Below are positions 62,801 through 64,000 of a DNA stretch of 64,000 bases, piece by piece. This DNA comes from Macrostomum hystrix (Eukaryota > Animalia > Platyhelminthes). The first letter of the stretch is position 1; each line of letters opens with the position of its first letter. Location of the stretch: NCBI GenBank assembly GCA_950097015.1, contig CATNEN010000038.1, forward strand, positions 22,816,001 to 22,880,000, given 5' to 3'. The translations under genes were made by a program, and so were the position numbers. Below the pieces are notes generated by a model, which was given only the letters and a program-made list of their open reading frames with translations, was not told the DNA's origin and made no database searches.

Positions 62801-64000
62801 TATGCCTGAATCAGTGACCTTCAGTCCGCCTTCTATCAAATCGCCGTCCACCCTAGCTGTCGTGACGCGCTCCGCATCATTCTGCCGAAAGACATCAGCA
62901 AGCCACTGACCCAGGATAACTTCCAACTATGGCGGTTTACCAGAGTCGTGATGGGAGCCAGCCCGTCTCCATGGATCCTTCTCGCCATCATTCACAAGCT
63001 CTGTCTGGACGCCTCCCAACCCTGCAACTTCGGTCTCACAGACAATGAGGTGGAGTCGATTCCATCGGGCCTGTACGTGGACAACTTGGTGCAGGGCTAC
63101 GACGACAAAGGGACAGGCCCTCGCCTGATCAAGGGCCTTCGCTCGCTGTTCAAGTCTGCCGGATTTCATCTGCGGGAGTTCGCTGCCAATGACTCCGACG
63201 CTCTGAAGGAGCTCCCTGGGGAGGACCGAATCTCAAGTCCCTCCGTTCAGTGCCTTGGCATCTCCTGGGACGTTCAACAGGATACGCTGCACTTGAGCAA
63301 GCCGGAGATCCCTGCGGACAGCGCCCTCACCCGGTCCAGTCTCCTCAGCGCGATCTCGAAGCCTTACGACCCGTTCGGCTGCGCGGCTCCGCTTCTCCTC
63401 GCCGGACGCCTGCTCTACAATGCCGCCTTCGACTCAAGTGACCCGTGGGACAAGCCTGCTGACTCGGACACCATCAAAGCCTGGAGCAAACTCCGAGACG
63501 ACTTCATCCAGATTGACCGCATTGCCATACCACGTCGCTGCATCGAAGACCGTACCAAGCCCTGTCGTCTTGTCATCTTCAGCGACGGATCACCGCAAGC
63601 ATATGGCTTCGCCATCTACCTGCAACAGGAACTGAACGGCCGTACCATCTCCAACCTGATCCATGCCAAGGCCCGTCTCGTCCCGGCCAGGAAGAAGGGT
63701 ATGTACATCACTGTGCCACGCATCGAACTCTGGGCTGCGCTTATCGCCAACCGGACGGCCTCGATCGTCCGCGACATACTGACGCCGGCCGTCAACATTG
63801 TCGGTATCACGCACTACATCGATAGCCAAATCGTCCTGTACTGGCTTCAAAATGGCACCAAGCTTCGCCCCTACGAAGGCCGTCGGGTTCAAGAAATTCG
63901 GGACTTGGACCTCACCAGCGACCGCCGTTACGTGCCCACCAAGGAAAACCCGGCGGACTACTGCACCAAACCACTAGACCTGGCACACCTGCTCAGTTCC
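59837..64000 (+). pseudogene. BEL/Pao gag-pol polyprotein with one in-frame TGA (62807-62809) inside RT
   Basis: N-terminal Cys-rich finger, gag (FDGSDP..F..FW..F), triple zinc knuckle (CVFC..H..HC, CFNC..H..C, CQECKAKHHTSLH), protease ALIDGGCSYTY, RT (K.RPVVDAS, SLNDLLETGPNL, ISDLQSAFYQI, YVDN at 63074), RNase H (FSDGS..AYG, TVPRIEL, VPTKENPAD). The same frame stays open from 62810 to the window end. Confidence 0.92.

Larger units (their letters stand above)
59524..64000 (+). mobile_element. BEL/Pao LTR retrotransposon (5' LTR, PBS, gag-pol; truncated by the window end)
   Basis: LTR 59524-59777 (TGTC...GACA, AATAAA at 59681); PBS TGGTAGCAGAGCGTGGTT at 59781-59798; gag-pol from 59837. Confidence 0.95.

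Noticed and set aside
60115-63892. Many short alternative-frame and antisense ORFs within the LTR element
   Set aside because: Expected shadows of a GC-rich gag-pol coding sequence.

Overview
Eukaryotic (animal) genomic DNA, intron-rich and saturated with minisatellites. The style (poly-Q/poly-A tracts, a minisatellite in most introns, tightly packed same-strand genes) resembles free-living flatworms such as Macrostomum, but the species cannot be confirmed from sequence alone. Gene models were rebuilt by hand from GT-AG splice sites with consistent phases: two convergent TNF-superfamily ligand genes (13439-14849 +, 15865-17341 -); a same-strand series COG6 -> MOB4 -> BTB-BACK-Kelch on the minus strand (45284 down to 21160); and a divergently transcribed symplekin gene (from 52534 +, incomplete) whose fifth coding intron holds a BEL/Pao LTR retrotransposon running off the window. 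Mobile elements: a decayed NOF/MULE-like foldback transposon (522-6913) carrying an IS630/Tc1 transposase fragment and a hAT-type MITE, tandem Helentron/HINE-like units, two tRNA-derived SINE families (one nested in the other) and several MITEs with verifiable TSDs. About 30 distinct tandem arrays (15-76 bp units) explain most long ORF-track entries, which are not genes. Most notable: two arrays of one satellite family flank the intronless MOB4 gene in inverted orientation inside a candidate trans-spliced operon; almost every long intron has its own locally born minisatellite; and some of these arrays are built from splice-site-like AG|GT units.
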